Assembly: GCA_963727525.1 (NCBI GenBank)
Contig: CAVSGO010000007.1
Location: forward strand, 256,001 to 320,000
Source: an uncultured bacterium
GTDB taxonomy: Bacteria; Krumholzibacteriota; Krumholzibacteriia; LZORAL124-64-63
Reading direction: 5' to 3'
DNA length: 64,000 bases
The translations under genes and the position numbers were made by a program. Of the stretch, positions 40,305 through 52,520 are shown in pieces (positions within the stretch are counted from its first letter, which is position 1; every line of letters starts with the position of its first letter). The notes under the pieces are model-generated. The model worked only from the letters and a program-made list of their open reading frames with translations. It was not told the DNA's origin and searched no databases.

Positions 40305-42320
40305 TCAGGCCCCCTTTCGCCGCGCCACGAGCCGTGTCGAGGCGGCGTCCGCGAAGGCGGTCACGGCTGCGCGAAACAGGAGCCAGTCAGCCGCCGGGAC
40401 GACGCGCCGCGCCACCTGCATCGTGCCGCGCACACGCATCGTCTTGCCGTCGGGCTCGGCGCGCAGGTGGCAGCTCGCGATGTCGCCGGAGTGGCCCGCC
40501 AGCCACGTCGGGGCGCGGTCGGGGGCGTCGGTATCGGTCGTGAAGCCGCGCGGCACGCGAATGTCCTCATCGAGGGTGACGGCCTGGGCCATCCAGAGGA
40601 AGACCGGCGTGGTCCGCGTCTCGTCGTCGACGTCGGCGCGCGCGCCGGCCAGGCGCACGACGCCACCATAATCGGTCGTCGCCAGGGTCGCGGCCGGCGA
40701 ACACCAGGTGACCGTGCGGTCGCCGACGGTGGCGTACCCGGGCACGCGGACCTCGAGGTCCAGATCCATGGCGTGGTCGAAGTCGAGCGGATCACCGGCC
40801 CGCCACGACACCAGCTCGGCTCCGGCGCCGAGGCTGGCGCACCATGACCGTAGCCGCGACTCGACCTGATCGCGCGGCGTCTCGCCGATCGCGCGCCGCA
40901 GCCGCGTGTCGGCCGCGCCGTTGGGCCGCAGTGCCACGCGGGCGCGCAGCGTGCCGTCGGACGCGAGGTCACCGTGCAACGTCAGGGCCACCGCGTTGTC
41001 GTCGGCCGTGAAGGCGCGGATGCTCGCCAGTTCCTCGCCCGTGGGCGTGCCGACGACGTAATCCTGTTCGCCCTCCATGCGGGACCAGGCGAAGCGGCTG
41101 AAGGGGATCCAGGTGGGGTCGAGCATCTCCCACGTTCCGTCGGCCTTCTTCCAGGCGCCGACGCAGTGATTGAACTGGTCGGCGGGAGTGTGTTCCACGC
41201 GGGCGCCGGCCATGGTCATCGCTGGGTAGACCTCGTAGCCCGCCGTGCGGCACAGGGTGATCGCCATGCCGGCGATGTCCTTGCACACACCGCTGCGCTC
41301 GCGCAGGATCATGGGACCCGGGTGCAGGGTGTAGCCCTCGCCCTCGCCCATGTTCAGGCCGCAGTAGCGAATGTTCTGCGCGGCCCAGTGGTTGAGCGCG
41401 GCGACTTTCGCCTCGTCGGACTTCAGGCCGTGAGTAATGTCGGTGACGAGGGCGCGGATCTCCGGCGTGGCGTCGAATTGGCGGGCGTTGGCCTCCCAGA
41501 ACCAGCGGCTCTTCGCGGGCCAGTCGGCGACCGTGGTCATCACCACCTTCGGCGCCGTGTCCCGCGCGTTGGCGCCGCGCCACTCGTGGGGGAGCGGCGG
41601 ACAGTCCTGCTTCCAGAAGCGGTAAGTGAAGTGGTCGACGTCGAAGGTGGATTCGCTGAAGACCTCGCCGCCCACGACCTGGTACTGCAGCGGCCTCGTG
41701 CGCGGGAGGCGCACCGTCACCGTCTTCTCGCGCATGGGGACGTTGCTCTGGAAGAGCTGCACGTCGTACCAGTGGCCGCGCATGGGGGGGATGTAGCGGC
41801 TATCGTCATCGGCCTGGGATTCGCCCAGGTACGCGATCATGTACCCCTTGCGGTACGTCTCCAGTTCCACCGCATCGCCCACCGCCAGGCGCGGCAGCTG
41901 GAGCACCCGCATGCGCGCGCCCCAGTAGATCATGTGAGCCGGCTGCGACACGTCCACCGCCCGCGCCGGATCGACGTCTTCCCAGGTACCGTCGGCCCGG
42001 TGCACGCGCACCGTGCGGATCTCGATGAGCTGCGTCGCGGGGTCGTAGTCGAAGCGCTGGGTCCCTGTGGCGACGGCCCCGGCCCGGGTCAGGACCTTGA
42101 TCACCACGCGGTTGTCGACATGGGCCAGACCGCTCTCCTCGACGTCGCTCGTCGTGCGGTCGAGGACGGTGACGGTGGCGGCGTCCGGGTAGTCGTCGGT
42201 GGTCCCGGCTTCCGCGACGAGGGTGGCCACCGTGGCGGGGTCGAGCGGGAGGGCCCTCGCGGGCAACCCGCACAGCACGGCGAGCCCCGCGGCCGCGATG
42301 GTGTGGTGCAGCGAAACCAT
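40305..42320 (-). CDS. Exported DUF3857 + transglutaminase-like protein
   Basis: Signal peptide; NIRY, SGVCKD, FNHC, LDPT (Cys-His-Asp triad). Confidence 0.85.
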   Translation of the reverse strand: MVSLHHTIAAAGLAVLCGLPARALPLDPATVATLVAEAGTTDDYPDAATVTVLDRTTSDVEESGLAHVDNRVVIKVLTRAGAVATGTQRFDYDPATQLIEIRTVRVHRADGTWEDVDPARAVDVSQPAHMIYWGARMRVLQLPRLAVGDAVELETYRKGYMIAYLGESQADDDSRYIPPMRGHWYDVQLFQSNVPMREKTVTVRLPRTRPLQYQVVGGEVFSESTFDVDHFTYRFWKQDCPPLPHEWRGANARDTAPKVVMTTVADWPAKSRWFWEANARQFDATPEIRALVTDITHGLKSDEAKVAALNHWAAQNIRYCGLNMGEGEGYTLHPGPMILRERSGVCKDIAGMAITLCRTAGYEVYPAMTMAGARVEHTPADQFNHCVGAWKKADGTWEMLDPTWIPFSRFAWSRMEGEQDYVVGTPTGEELASIRAFTADDNAVALTLHGDLASDGTLRARVALRPNGAADTRLRRAIGETPRDQVESRLRSWCASLGAGAELVSWRAGDPLDFDHAMDLDLEVRVPGYATVGDRTVTWCSPAATLATTDYGGVVRLAGARADVDDETRTTPVFLWMAQAVTLDEDIRVPRGFTTDTDAPDRAPTWLAGHSGDIASCHLRAEPDGKTMRVRGTMQVARRVVPAADWLLFRAAVTAFADAASTRLVARRKGA

Positions 42321-42594
42321 GAGTCCTCCACTGGCAACGGGTTATGCCGTCGGGGGCGAGGCGGCGGGCAGCGTCGGCGTTATGGCCAATATGGCACGCA
42401 TGGCCCGGCAGCGGCAAGCGCCGGCTGCCCTGGAAACCAGTAGTTTTGTTATCTTGTTTAACTTCATGCGTTTTGCCGCAATATGGACATCATATATCAG
42501 CAAAACACATGAGACATTAAAATAAACCCCCCAGACGACTGCCGTTCTGGTATAATCTTTCGCGTTCGGCAACCCGAGCCAGGAGCGACGATCC

Positions 42595-44931
42595 ATGCAG
42601 CGACAGCGAATACTCGGCCGTGTGCATCTGGCTCTCATCCTCGCGGGCGTCTGGACCTGGTCGGCGGCCTCGGCACAGGCGCGCTGGGAGCCGCTCGCCG
42701 GCGGCGATGGCGCAAGCCGGCCGCATATCAGCGTCGTTGCGCAGACGGCCACGGCGGTCACGGTCGAAGTGACGGTGCCCGGTGTCGAGCTTCGCGACGC
42801 TGGCAGCGGCAGTGCGCGCTACGTCGAGGCTCTGGTGCCTGGTTGCGCCCCGCTGCAGGTGGCCGAGCATCCCGAGGTTCCATTGCTGCCCGTCTCGCTG
42901 GCGATCGCCGGGCAGGGCCACGTGGCCCTGGAGGTGATCGAGGTCGAGACACGCGTGCTGACGACGGCGCCGATCCTGCCGTCGCTCGGCCAGGTGCCCC
43001 GCGACATCGATCCCTCCTCGTTGACGCGGCGCGAGGGCGACGTGTACCGCGATGGTGGCATCTGGCCCCTGGCTGCAGCCACGCTCGGGCAGCCCTACAT
43101 CGTACGGGACGCGCGGGGCGTGACCGTACAGGTGGCTCCCGTACGCTGGGACGCGGTGCACGGCCAGATCATTGCCATGCGGCGCATCGTGCTGCGCGTG
43201 ACCACCCGTGGCGTCGACGGCGTGAACGCGCTGCCGGCCGCCAAGGCGGCGTCCGACGGGTTCTTCCGCAGCGTGACCTCGCGACTCTTCGCCAATGCTT
43301 CCGTCACGGCGCGCGACGATGGCAAGGCCCAGGGCGATCCCGATCCCACGGCCTCCGCGCGCATGATCGTGGTGTGTGGCGACGCGCTCGCGAGCGCCAC
43401 CCAGCCATTCGTCACCTGGAAGCGGCAGCGCGGCATGGACGTGCAGCTGGTGCGCATGAGCGACATCGGTGGCACGGCCGGCGACCTGTACTACGCGGTC
43501 AACCACTGGTTCACGGAGCCGGCCGGACTGGGCTACCTGGTGCTCGTCGGCGACGTCGAGCAGGTGCCGACTCAGACCGGGACCATCCAGGGCGCCGACG
43601 GTGATCAGATCTACGCCCTGCAGGCGGGCAGCGATCTCTTTCCGGATTTCCTCGTCTCGCGCATCTCGGCCCGCAACGCCACCGAGGTGCAGGTGCAGGT
43701 CGCCAAGATCGTCGCCTACGAACGCGATCCCGAGATCGGTGGCGACTGGTACGGCCGCGCCGTGGGTATTGCCAGCGATGAGGGCACCCCGGCCGATTAC
43801 GAGCGCGCCGACCTGCTGCGCGACGATCTGCTGGGTTACGGTTACAGCGACGTCAGCCGCATCTATCAGAGCTTCGGCGGCACCACGGCCCAGATCACGG
43901 CCGATGTGAATGCCGGCGTGGGCGTGATCAACTACATCGGCCATGGCGCGGCCGCCGGATGGCTGAGCGTGCCGTTCGGGGCGAGCCAGGTGCACGCCCT
44001 CGACAACGTGGGCAAGCTGCCCTGGATCATCGACGTGTCCTGCACCACGGGCGACTTCTCGCTGCCCGAGTGCTTCGCCGAGGCGTGGATGCGGTCCGGT
44101 ACGCCATCGGCGCCCACCGGTGCCGTGGGCATCGTGGCGGCGTCGGCCTCGGCGCCCTGGGTGCCGCCCTGCGTGATGCAGTCGGCGATGATCGACCGCC
44201 TCACGTCTTCGGCATCCACCGCCGGCGAATCGATGGAACTTGGCGCTCTGTTCGCCGTGGGCCTGGCCAAGGTTCTCACCGTCTATGACGGGCTGACCGT
44301 GGCGCAGCAGATGGTCGAGGAATACAACCTGCTGGGCGACTGCTCCCTGCAGCTGCGCACGCGGGCGCCGCAGACGCTCGCCGTGGACCGTCCGGCCACG
44401 CTGCTGCCCGGCGCCACGGCGCTGAGCGTGCGTGTCGTCGGCACGCTGTCGACCACGGTCACGCTGACGTCCGGCGCCGAACTGCTCGGCGTCGCGGCCA
44501 CCGGGACGGACGGCCGCGCCACTCTCACGCTGAGCCGTGCCATCTTGGAGGACGAGACGACCACGCTCACCGTCACCGGGGCCGAGTGTGCGCCTTACCT
44601 GGCGACGTTACCGACGGCGACGCAGACCGTGCCCGTCGACGACCTGTCGCCCGCCGTATCGCGTATCGTGGGCAACTACCCGAACCCCTGCAATCCGCAC
44701 ACCACAGTGGCGTTCGCCACGGCGGGGGTGGGCCAGGTGGATCTGCGTATCTATGACCTCCACGGCAGGCTCGTGAGTGAACTGGTGCACGAGACGCTAC
44801 CGGCGGGCGACCACGAGGTGGCCTGGAATGGTGCGGACACGACGGGGCGGCTCGTCGCCTCGGGCTCGTATCTCGCTCGACTCGTGGCCGGTGGCGAGAC
44901 GAGCGTCCGGTCGCTGATGCTCGTGCGCTGA
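42595..44931 (+). CDS. Gingipain-like C25 cysteine peptidase with FlgD-Ig C-terminal domain
   Basis: Propeptide; WKRQRG, LVLVGD, INYIGHG, DVSCTTG, YNLLGD; NYPNPCNP..WNG.D..G..VASGSY tail. Confidence 0.9.
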   Translation: MQRQRILGRVHLALILAGVWTWSAASAQARWEPLAGGDGASRPHISVVAQTATAVTVEVTVPGVELRDAGSGSARYVEALVPGCAPLQVAEHPEVPLLPVSLAIAGQGHVALEVIEVETRVLTTAPILPSLGQVPRDIDPSSLTRREGDVYRDGGIWPLAAATLGQPYIVRDARGVTVQVAPVRWDAVHGQIIAMRRIVLRVTTRGVDGVNALPAAKAASDGFFRSVTSRLFANASVTARDDGKAQGDPDPTASARMIVVCGDALASATQPFVTWKRQRGMDVQLVRMSDIGGTAGDLYYAVNHWFTEPAGLGYLVLVGDVEQVPTQTGTIQGADGDQIYALQAGSDLFPDFLVSRISARNATEVQVQVAKIVAYERDPEIGGDWYGRAVGIASDEGTPADYERADLLRDDLLGYGYSDVSRIYQSFGGTTAQITADVNAGVGVINYIGHGAAAGWLSVPFGASQVHALDNVGKLPWIIDVSCTTGDFSLPECFAEAWMRSGTPSAPTGAVGIVAASASAPWVPPCVMQSAMIDRLTSSASTAGESMELGALFAVGLAKVLTVYDGLTVAQQMVEEYNLLGDCSLQLRTRAPQTLAVDRPATLLPGATALSVRVVGTLSTTVTLTSGAELLGVAATGTDGRATLTLSRAILEDETTTLTVTGAECAPYLATLPTATQTVPVDDLSPAVSRIVGNYPNPCNPHTTVAFATAGVGQVDLRIYDLHGRLVSELVHETLPAGDHEVAWNGADTTGRLVASGSYLARLVAGGETSVRSLMLVR

Positions 44932-45050
44932 ATCGTCGCCGACGATGTGGTACGGAAATGGCCCGGGCGTGTGCCCGGGCCGGTTTCCGTCCGGCCCGGA
45001 TCGGCCTATCATGGCCGAGAGATGTCCGGCCGCGTCGAGGAGGTTGATCC

Positions 45051-46586
45051 GTGTCCATGCGCCGTCTGCGCCCCTGGTGGTTCGTCTTCGTCATCGTTCT
45101 TGCCCTTGCTCTGGTCGTTGCGGCGCTGTCGCCCACCTGCATCGTGGCGGCCGTCGTCGATCTCGGTCCCATCCCCGCGACCGAACAGAACGTGCAGGGC
45201 GATCGTCTCCCGCTGGCGACGGATCACGGTTTCCTGTCAACGCAGGAAGACGGTCCTTGCCTGACGGCGTCCCAGCGCGCGGCCATCGTGGCCGATCTCG
45301 CGGCCTCGCGCGCCGCGCTGCAGGCGGCGGGCGTGCTGCCGCCCGTATTCGATCGGACGCAAACGGTCACCCTGCAATGGCCGTTGCAGGCGGCGCCATG
45401 GGTGATGGACCCCGGCGTGCACGGGATCTCGAACTACGTCGACCATGATCCGAGCTACCCGGATCAGCTGCTCGACTACGCGTGCGGCGCGCGCACCTAC
45501 GACCAGGCGAACGGCTACAACCATGCGGGCACCGACTACTTCATGTGGCCCTTTCCGTGGCACAAGATGATCGACCAGGACGTTGCGATCGTGGCGGCCG
45601 CGCCCGGCTTCATCATCCTGAAGTACGACGGGAATTTCGATCGGAGCTGCGGCCTGAATGGTGGGCTCTGGAATGCCGTCTATGTGCAGCACGCCGACGG
45701 GTCTGTGGCGTGGTACGGACACATGAAAGCGGGATCGCTCACCAGCAAGCCCGTGGGGTCCACCGTCGAGGCGGGGGAGTACCTCGGCTCCGTGGGCAGC
45801 TCGGGCAACAGCACGGGCCCGCACCTGCACCTCGAGTTGCACGACGGCAGCGGCAACCTCGTCGATCCTTATCTGGGCCCGTGCAACGCCCTGGACGGCG
45901 AGAGCCGGTGGGCCCAGCAACGGCCCTACGATGATTCCGCCATCAACGCGCTACGCACGCACGATGCGCCACCCGAATGGCCCGACTGTCCCGAGCCGGC
46001 GATCACGCACGAGCAGGATCGGTTCCTCGCCGGCGATCTCGTCTACTTCGCGGCCTACTACCGCGATCAGCTCGCCGGACAGTTGACCCAGTTCGCGGTG
46101 CTGCGTCCGGACGGCTCGACCTGGCGCGCCTGGAGCGGCGGGATGTCGTCGCCAGACCACTACGCCGCGAGCTACTGGTGGTGGAACTGGGTACTGCCCC
46201 CGACGGGGCCCGACGGCTGGTGGACATTCCGCGCCACGTTCGAGGGTCAGACGGTGGAGCATCGTTTCGCGGTCGGTGAGAGCACCCCGGTCCCCGATAC
46301 GTCTCCGGCAGGGCTCACGCTCGCGGCTCCCCACCCCAACCCGGCGAATCCGCGCACGGAGGTCCGCTACACGTTGCCGGCGCCGGGTGCGGTGTGGCTC
46401 TCCGTTTACGATGTGCGCGGTCGCCGTCTCCGGGAGTTGACGCTCGGCGTCCAGGTGCCGGGCGACCACGCCGTGACCTGGGATGGTTGCGATGCCGCCG
46501 GCCGCGATCTGCCGTCGGGCACGTACCTCCTGCGCCTGCAGACCGAAGCCGGCTCCCTCACCCGCAAGGTCCAGCTCGCGCGCTGA
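45051..46586 (+). CDS. Secreted M23 peptidase with FlgD-Ig C-terminal domain
   Basis: HAGTD, YGHM, GSSGNSTGPHLHLE; PHPNPANP..RKVQLAR tail. Confidence 0.9.
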   Translation: MSMRRLRPWWFVFVIVLALALVVAALSPTCIVAAVVDLGPIPATEQNVQGDRLPLATDHGFLSTQEDGPCLTASQRAAIVADLAASRAALQAAGVLPPVFDRTQTVTLQWPLQAAPWVMDPGVHGISNYVDHDPSYPDQLLDYACGARTYDQANGYNHAGTDYFMWPFPWHKMIDQDVAIVAAAPGFIILKYDGNFDRSCGLNGGLWNAVYVQHADGSVAWYGHMKAGSLTSKPVGSTVEAGEYLGSVGSSGNSTGPHLHLELHDGSGNLVDPYLGPCNALDGESRWAQQRPYDDSAINALRTHDAPPEWPDCPEPAITHEQDRFLAGDLVYFAAYYRDQLAGQLTQFAVLRPDGSTWRAWSGGMSSPDHYAASYWWWNWVLPPTGPDGWWTFRATFEGQTVEHRFAVGESTPVPDTSPAGLTLAAPHPNPANPRTEVRYTLPAPGAVWLSVYDVRGRRLRELTLGVQVPGDHAVTWDGCDAAGRDLPSGTYLLRLQTEAGSLTRKVQLAR

Positions 46587-46697
46587 CGGGCGCCGCATTG
46601 CACGCCTGGCCGAAATCCGCTACTCTGCCCGCGGCGGATACGCTCGCGGGCGTGCGCCGCCGCTTGCCCTCGATCACCGGAGCCAGGAATCATCACC

Positions 46698-48662
46698 ATG
46701 CCGCCTCACGCGCCGCTGTTCACGCCGTTCGCCACGCACCCGGAAACGCTCGCCATCACGCCGGAACTCGTGACGCGTTACGCCCTGCCCCGCTGGGCGG
46801 CGAACTTCGCGCTCGGCACGGCCGGCTACCGGGACCTGCTCGATCCTGACGACCTCTTCAATCCCGAGGTCCCCTTCAACGGCGTGACCATCGCCATCCT
46901 GCTCACGGCGCGGGCGCAGCTCGCCCTCGAGCACGGACTCGCGCAGCTCCATGTGGGCGGAGAGGTGCGGCCCCACACGCAGGAGTTCATCGACCTGGCC
47001 GCGCGCATCTATGCCGCGCACGGCATCACCGTGCACCTGCGGCCGCAGGGTGAGCGCACGACGCCGATCTGGCTCTCCAGCTTCGGCGTGTTCCACGACG
47101 AGTTGGACGGCGGCGAGAACTTCACGGCGAGCCACAGCCAGAGCTACAAGGGCGGCTGGAAACCGATGGACGCCGCCGGTGGGCAACTCCTGGCGATGGC
47201 CGGCCTCATCGCCGACCGCGTGCGCGCCCTCGTGCAGCAGGCCCAGACGGGCGGCATGACGATCGAGCTGGCCGCCGCGGATGACGCGCGGATCCGCCGC
47301 GACTTCGACCCCGTCACGCCCTACGTGCGCGCGCTGGAGCAGGTCGTGCCGCGCGAACTGATCGCCGAGATCCCGGCAGCAGCGGCGGCGGGGTTTCGCG
47401 CCACCTTCTGCACCGAGGGCGGGAGCATGGCGGCCACGGCCGGGCGCGTCTTCGCGGAGCTGGACCTCGCCATGGCCCCCGACGGCGCCATCAGCTTCAC
47501 CCATGCCGAGGAAGACGAGAACTACCATGGGATCGGCGTGGTCGATGGCGTGAACTACGGCGTCGACCCCGGCAAGTGGCAGATCTACAAGCACGTCGGC
47601 GCGCAGGCCATGCTGCGTGAGAACACGTGCCACATCTTCTTCATCTGGGATCCCGACGGTGATCGTTTCAACATGGTGACGCCGGCGCCGGTGGAGGTCG
47701 CGGACGCGGCCGCAGCCGCCGGGCTCGAGGTCGAGCCGCTCGACGCCACCCGCTGTGTGGTCTACTTCAAGCCCAACCAGATCTACTTCATGCTCACCGG
47801 CGTGCGCCTCGACGCGCTCGCCGCCAACGGCGAGCTGGAGGACCACGACTGGATCGTCGCCACGACCTATCCCACCAGCCGCAGCATCGGCGAGCTGGCC
47901 GAGGCCTACGCCGAGCGCCACGACGTGTCGCTGGCGACCTTTCGCACCCCGGTGGGTTTCAAGCACTTCGCGGCCCTGGTCGGCAACCTCGAGGACCAGC
48001 TCGCCGACGACACCGACCCCTGCACCGCCACCGACGTCACCGGCGAGACCACCGCGTTCGGCGCCGACCCTCGCCTGCTCATCATGGCCGAGGAGAGCGG
48101 CGGCGCCGCCATGGGCCCGGGCGAGCCGATGGCCTGCCGCGGTGGGGAGCAGACGAGCCTCGCGCCCAAGGAAAAGGATGGCATGCAGATCGGCGTGCTT
48201 GCCCTGGGCCTCGCCGCGCGCCTGCACCGCGAGGGTGGCAGCTTCGCGAGCTACTACCTCCACCTGCTCGAGACCTACGACATCGGCTGGCGATTCTATG
48301 AGCGCCGCGACGTGACACTCTTCGACGAATCCCTCCAGGGCGACGCGCGGGCCGCGGCCCAGGCCGCCGGCAACCGGCGCAAGCACGCCACGGTGGCGTT
48401 CTTCGCGAACCTGGAAGATCGCAAGCCGCAAGACGTGGTCGACACGTTGCAGTCCCGCCTGCCAGCGGGCACCACACTCCCGTCCGTGCAGCGCTGCTTC
48501 CACGCGGGCGACGGCACGCTGATCGAGATGGACGGCGTCTGGTTCGAGCTGCGCGCCAGCGGCACCGACGCCGTCCTGCGGTATTACCTGGAAGGCCGCG
48601 ACCGGGCCGGTGTGAGCGCCCTGAACGAGGCCTTCACCAACCTGCGCATCGACGAGGCCTGA
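46698..48662 (+). CDS. Phosphoglucomutase/phosphomannomutase family protein (divergent)
   Basis: GTAGYR, TASHS, DPDGDR, TPVGFK, EESGG, RASGT. Confidence 0.88.
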   Translation: MPPHAPLFTPFATHPETLAITPELVTRYALPRWAANFALGTAGYRDLLDPDDLFNPEVPFNGVTIAILLTARAQLALEHGLAQLHVGGEVRPHTQEFIDLAARIYAAHGITVHLRPQGERTTPIWLSSFGVFHDELDGGENFTASHSQSYKGGWKPMDAAGGQLLAMAGLIADRVRALVQQAQTGGMTIELAAADDARIRRDFDPVTPYVRALEQVVPRELIAEIPAAAAAGFRATFCTEGGSMAATAGRVFAELDLAMAPDGAISFTHAEEDENYHGIGVVDGVNYGVDPGKWQIYKHVGAQAMLRENTCHIFFIWDPDGDRFNMVTPAPVEVADAAAAAGLEVEPLDATRCVVYFKPNQIYFMLTGVRLDALAANGELEDHDWIVATTYPTSRSIGELAEAYAERHDVSLATFRTPVGFKHFAALVGNLEDQLADDTDPCTATDVTGETTAFGADPRLLIMAEESGGAAMGPGEPMACRGGEQTSLAPKEKDGMQIGVLALGLAARLHREGGSFASYYLHLLETYDIGWRFYERRDVTLFDESLQGDARAAAQAAGNRRKHATVAFFANLEDRKPQDVVDTLQSRLPAGTTLPSVQRCFHAGDGTLIEMDGVWFELRASGTDAVLRYYLEGRDRAGVSALNEAFTNLRIDEA

Positions 48663-48671
48663 GGAGACACG

Positions 48672-48940
48672 ATGACCGACCGCCCCTTTCGCAAGCTGAC
48701 CGTCTACAGCTCGACCTACTGCCCGGACTGTACTCAGGCCAAGCGATTCCTGGCCGAGCACAGCATCGATTACGAGGTGATCGAGATCGACCGCGACCCC
48801 GACGCCGCCACGCGTCTGGAGCAGCAGACCGGCAAGCGCGGCGTACCCTACTTCGTGCTCGACGACGAGCAATGGGTGCGTGCCTACATCCCACGCCAGG
48901 GATTCGACCGCAGTGGCATGGCCGAGCTGCTGGGGCTCGC

Positions 48941-48944
<4 letters not shown>
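48672..48944 (+). CDS. Glutaredoxin/NrdH-like protein
   Basis: YCPDC, TGKRGVP; AGGAG RBS. Confidence 0.88.
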
Positions 48945-50143
<1,199 letters not shown>

Positions 50144-50371
50144 TCCCGATTGCGACGCTGGTGCCGGCACCGCTGGCTGGCGGGCCCACGCGGTGCTTGG
50201 CAGCCGGCCCCCCGATCACGGACCGCCGGATCCTGTCATCCGGCCTCGGTGTTACCACCCGCCTCTCGACGCCCCCGTGGTGGATTCGAGCTTCATCGGC
50301 AGCGGAACCTGCCGAAGTTCAGGGAGAAGTCCCGAGTCTTTGTCCAGGTCCCGGAGTCGAGGTCGCCAGTC

Positions 50372-51172
50372 ATGGAACAGCCCGTTGCCACCCAGCCCCG
50401 TATCAAGCGCGCGGCATACGAACGAGAGCTGAAACGGCTGCAGGCCGAACTCGTGAAGTTGCAGTACTGGATCAAGGCGCGTGGCCTGCGTGTGGCGGTG
50501 CTCTTCGAGGGGCGCGACGCCGCTGGCAAGGGGGGTGCGATCACCCGCATCACCGAGTGCCTGAGTCCCCGCATCTGCCGCGTCGTCGCCCTCGGGACGC
50601 CTACCGAGCGCGAGTGCAGCCAGTGGTATTTCCAGCGCTACGCCTCGCACCTGCCAGCCGGCGGTGAGATGGTCCTCTTTGACCGCAGCTGGTACAATCG
50701 GGCAGGCGTCGAACATGTGATGGGCTTCTGCACCGCGGGCGATTACACCGAGTTCCTACGCTCCTGTCCGGAGTTCGAACGCATGCTCGTGCGGTCGGGC
50801 TTGTCGCTCGTGAAGTACTGGTTCTCGGTGAGCGACGAGGAGCAGGAGCGGCGGTTCCAGGCGCGGATCCTCGACCCTCGCAAGCGCTGGAAACTGAGCC
50901 CGATGGACCTCGAGTCACGCGACCACTGGGTAGAGTACTCCATGGCGAAGGACGCCATGTTCCGCCACACGGATCTGAAGCAGGCCCCCTGGTATGTCGT
51001 GAATGGAGAAGACAAGCGGCGGGCGCGGCTGAACTGCATCAGCCATCTCCTGAGTCTCTTTCCTTACGAGGACCTCACGCCGGCGCCGATCGATCTGCCG
51101 CCACGTCAAGAGCAGCGCGACTACGTGCGACCACCCCTGACGGATCAGACGTTCGTACCAGAGACCTACTAG
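50372..51172 (+). CDS. ppk2: Polyphosphate kinase 2
   Basis: FEGRDAAGKGG, QWYFQRY, FDRSWYNRAGVE, WKLSPMD. Confidence 0.96.
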   Translation: MEQPVATQPRIKRAAYERELKRLQAELVKLQYWIKARGLRVAVLFEGRDAAGKGGAITRITECLSPRICRVVALGTPTERECSQWYFQRYASHLPAGGEMVLFDRSWYNRAGVEHVMGFCTAGDYTEFLRSCPEFERMLVRSGLSLVKYWFSVSDEEQERRFQARILDPRKRWKLSPMDLESRDHWVEYSMAKDAMFRHTDLKQAPWYVVNGEDKRRARLNCISHLLSLFPYEDLTPAPIDLPPRQEQRDYVRPPLTDQTFVPETY

Positions 51173-51321
51173 CTCGCCGTTCCCGGAGCGACGCCGGGTA
51201 CAGGCGTACTCGTAGGACTGACCGCTCCGCAACGGCGCCGGATCGACCCAGACCCTGATGTCCGCGTAGATTGGCATGGGATCGCATTCGACACTACCGA
51301 CAAGCGAATTTGATCGGGACG

Positions 51322-51549
51322 CTACCTCCGAAGATCCTCGAGTAGGCGCTCGTATTCGTCCTTGCTGATCTCGCCACGGGCGTAGCGCTGCTTGAGGATC
51401 GTCTCGGGGGATTCGCCGGGGAAGTCCCGGTCACGCGACCCCGACAGCTTCACGAGCCGGTAGACCAGCACCACAGCGACCACCAGCACCACGATCCAGA
51501 TGATTCCCATGAGTCCGCCTCCACCGAAACCACCCATGTTGCCGAACAC
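51322..51549 (-). CDS. SHOCT-domain membrane protein
   Basis: MGG-rich N-terminus, TM helix, ILKQRYARGEISKDEY; AGGAGG RBS. Confidence 0.88.
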   Translation of the reverse strand: MFGNMGGFGGGGLMGIIWIVVLVVAVVLVYRLVKLSGSRDRDFPGESPETILKQRYARGEISKDEYERLLEDLRR

Positions 51550-51583
51550 GGGTCGTCACCTCCTATCACCGCGCCGGGCGCCG

Positions 51584-51959
51584 TCAGGGCGTCGGCGGGC
51601 ACGTCTCGAGGTAGAAGTACGCCGCGGCGATCTCCTCGTCGGTGAGGTAAGGCAGGGCAGGCATCGATTGTCCTCCCATGGTCAACATCATCCGCGACGA
51701 ACCGTAGTGAACCTGCTGGCGAACGTTGCTGAGAGAGAGTTTGCGCGGCATGCTCGCCAGCGACGGTATGACACCGCGCATCATCGCCATGTTCCCGCCG
51801 CCGGGGTCGTCGCGCCACTGCCGCTTTCATCCTGGCCCAGACGACGTCCGGGAACTCCGTCTTCGTCTGCGCCTGGGCCTGGGTTGCACCGAGCAGAATC
51901 GAGGATGTGAGGACTATTGCAGCCGCCGTCCCGTTCCGTCCCCGCGGGGTAAGAACCAA
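51584..51959 (-). pseudogene. Degraded cytochrome c-like gene
   Basis: Signal-peptide-like start in one frame and MPALPYLTDEEIAAAYFYL (cytochrome c-like C-terminus) in another; no CxxCH remains. Confidence 0.5.
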
Positions 51960-52150
51960 GTGGACTCGAAGGAGTATCAGGTACCTACCGCCGGCAAGTG
52001 GAGTCTGGCGACACCATCGAAGCGGGTGCGACGTCTCGTCACCTGCGTACGGGACCAGCGCCAGGCCGAGACCAGAGACACGATGTCGCCGGCTACCGCG
52101 GTGACCACCAGCGTGAGTATCGAGTCCGAAGCCGACGCTGCGGCGCCGAT

Positions 52151-52520
52151 CGCCAGCACAGCTAGCCGATCGTGGAAGACTTCTTCACGTGGTTGCATCA
52201 TTCACAGGCGAAAAAGGCATTGTTGCCGAGCGGACTCTTTGCCAGGGTCTCAGTGTACGCCTTGGTGTGCCAGTCGGCGTTGACGATGTTCCTTGAGGAT
52301 CGGGGGTACCGTTGGATACGAACCACCTGGAGCCCCAGACCCGTTCGATCGCGGTGAGCCGGAAGAACTGGCTGTCCTGTTGGACGGAGATCGGAGCGAA
52401 GTCCGTGGGAGTCGCTTAGATCCTGGCCACGATCCGTGTGCTGCAAGGCGTGGAGCCGTATACGTATCTGGTGGAGTGCTGAAGCGGTTGGACACGACCG
52501 ACGCACACCGAAAGCTCACG
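52151..52520 (+). mobile_element. IS66-family transposase (TnpC) C-terminal relic
   Basis: RQHS*PIVEDFFTWL..LPSGLFA..YAL..FLED / VPLDTNHLE..SRKNWLSCWTEIGAK..GVEPYTYLV, with stops and frameshifts. Confidence 0.85.
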
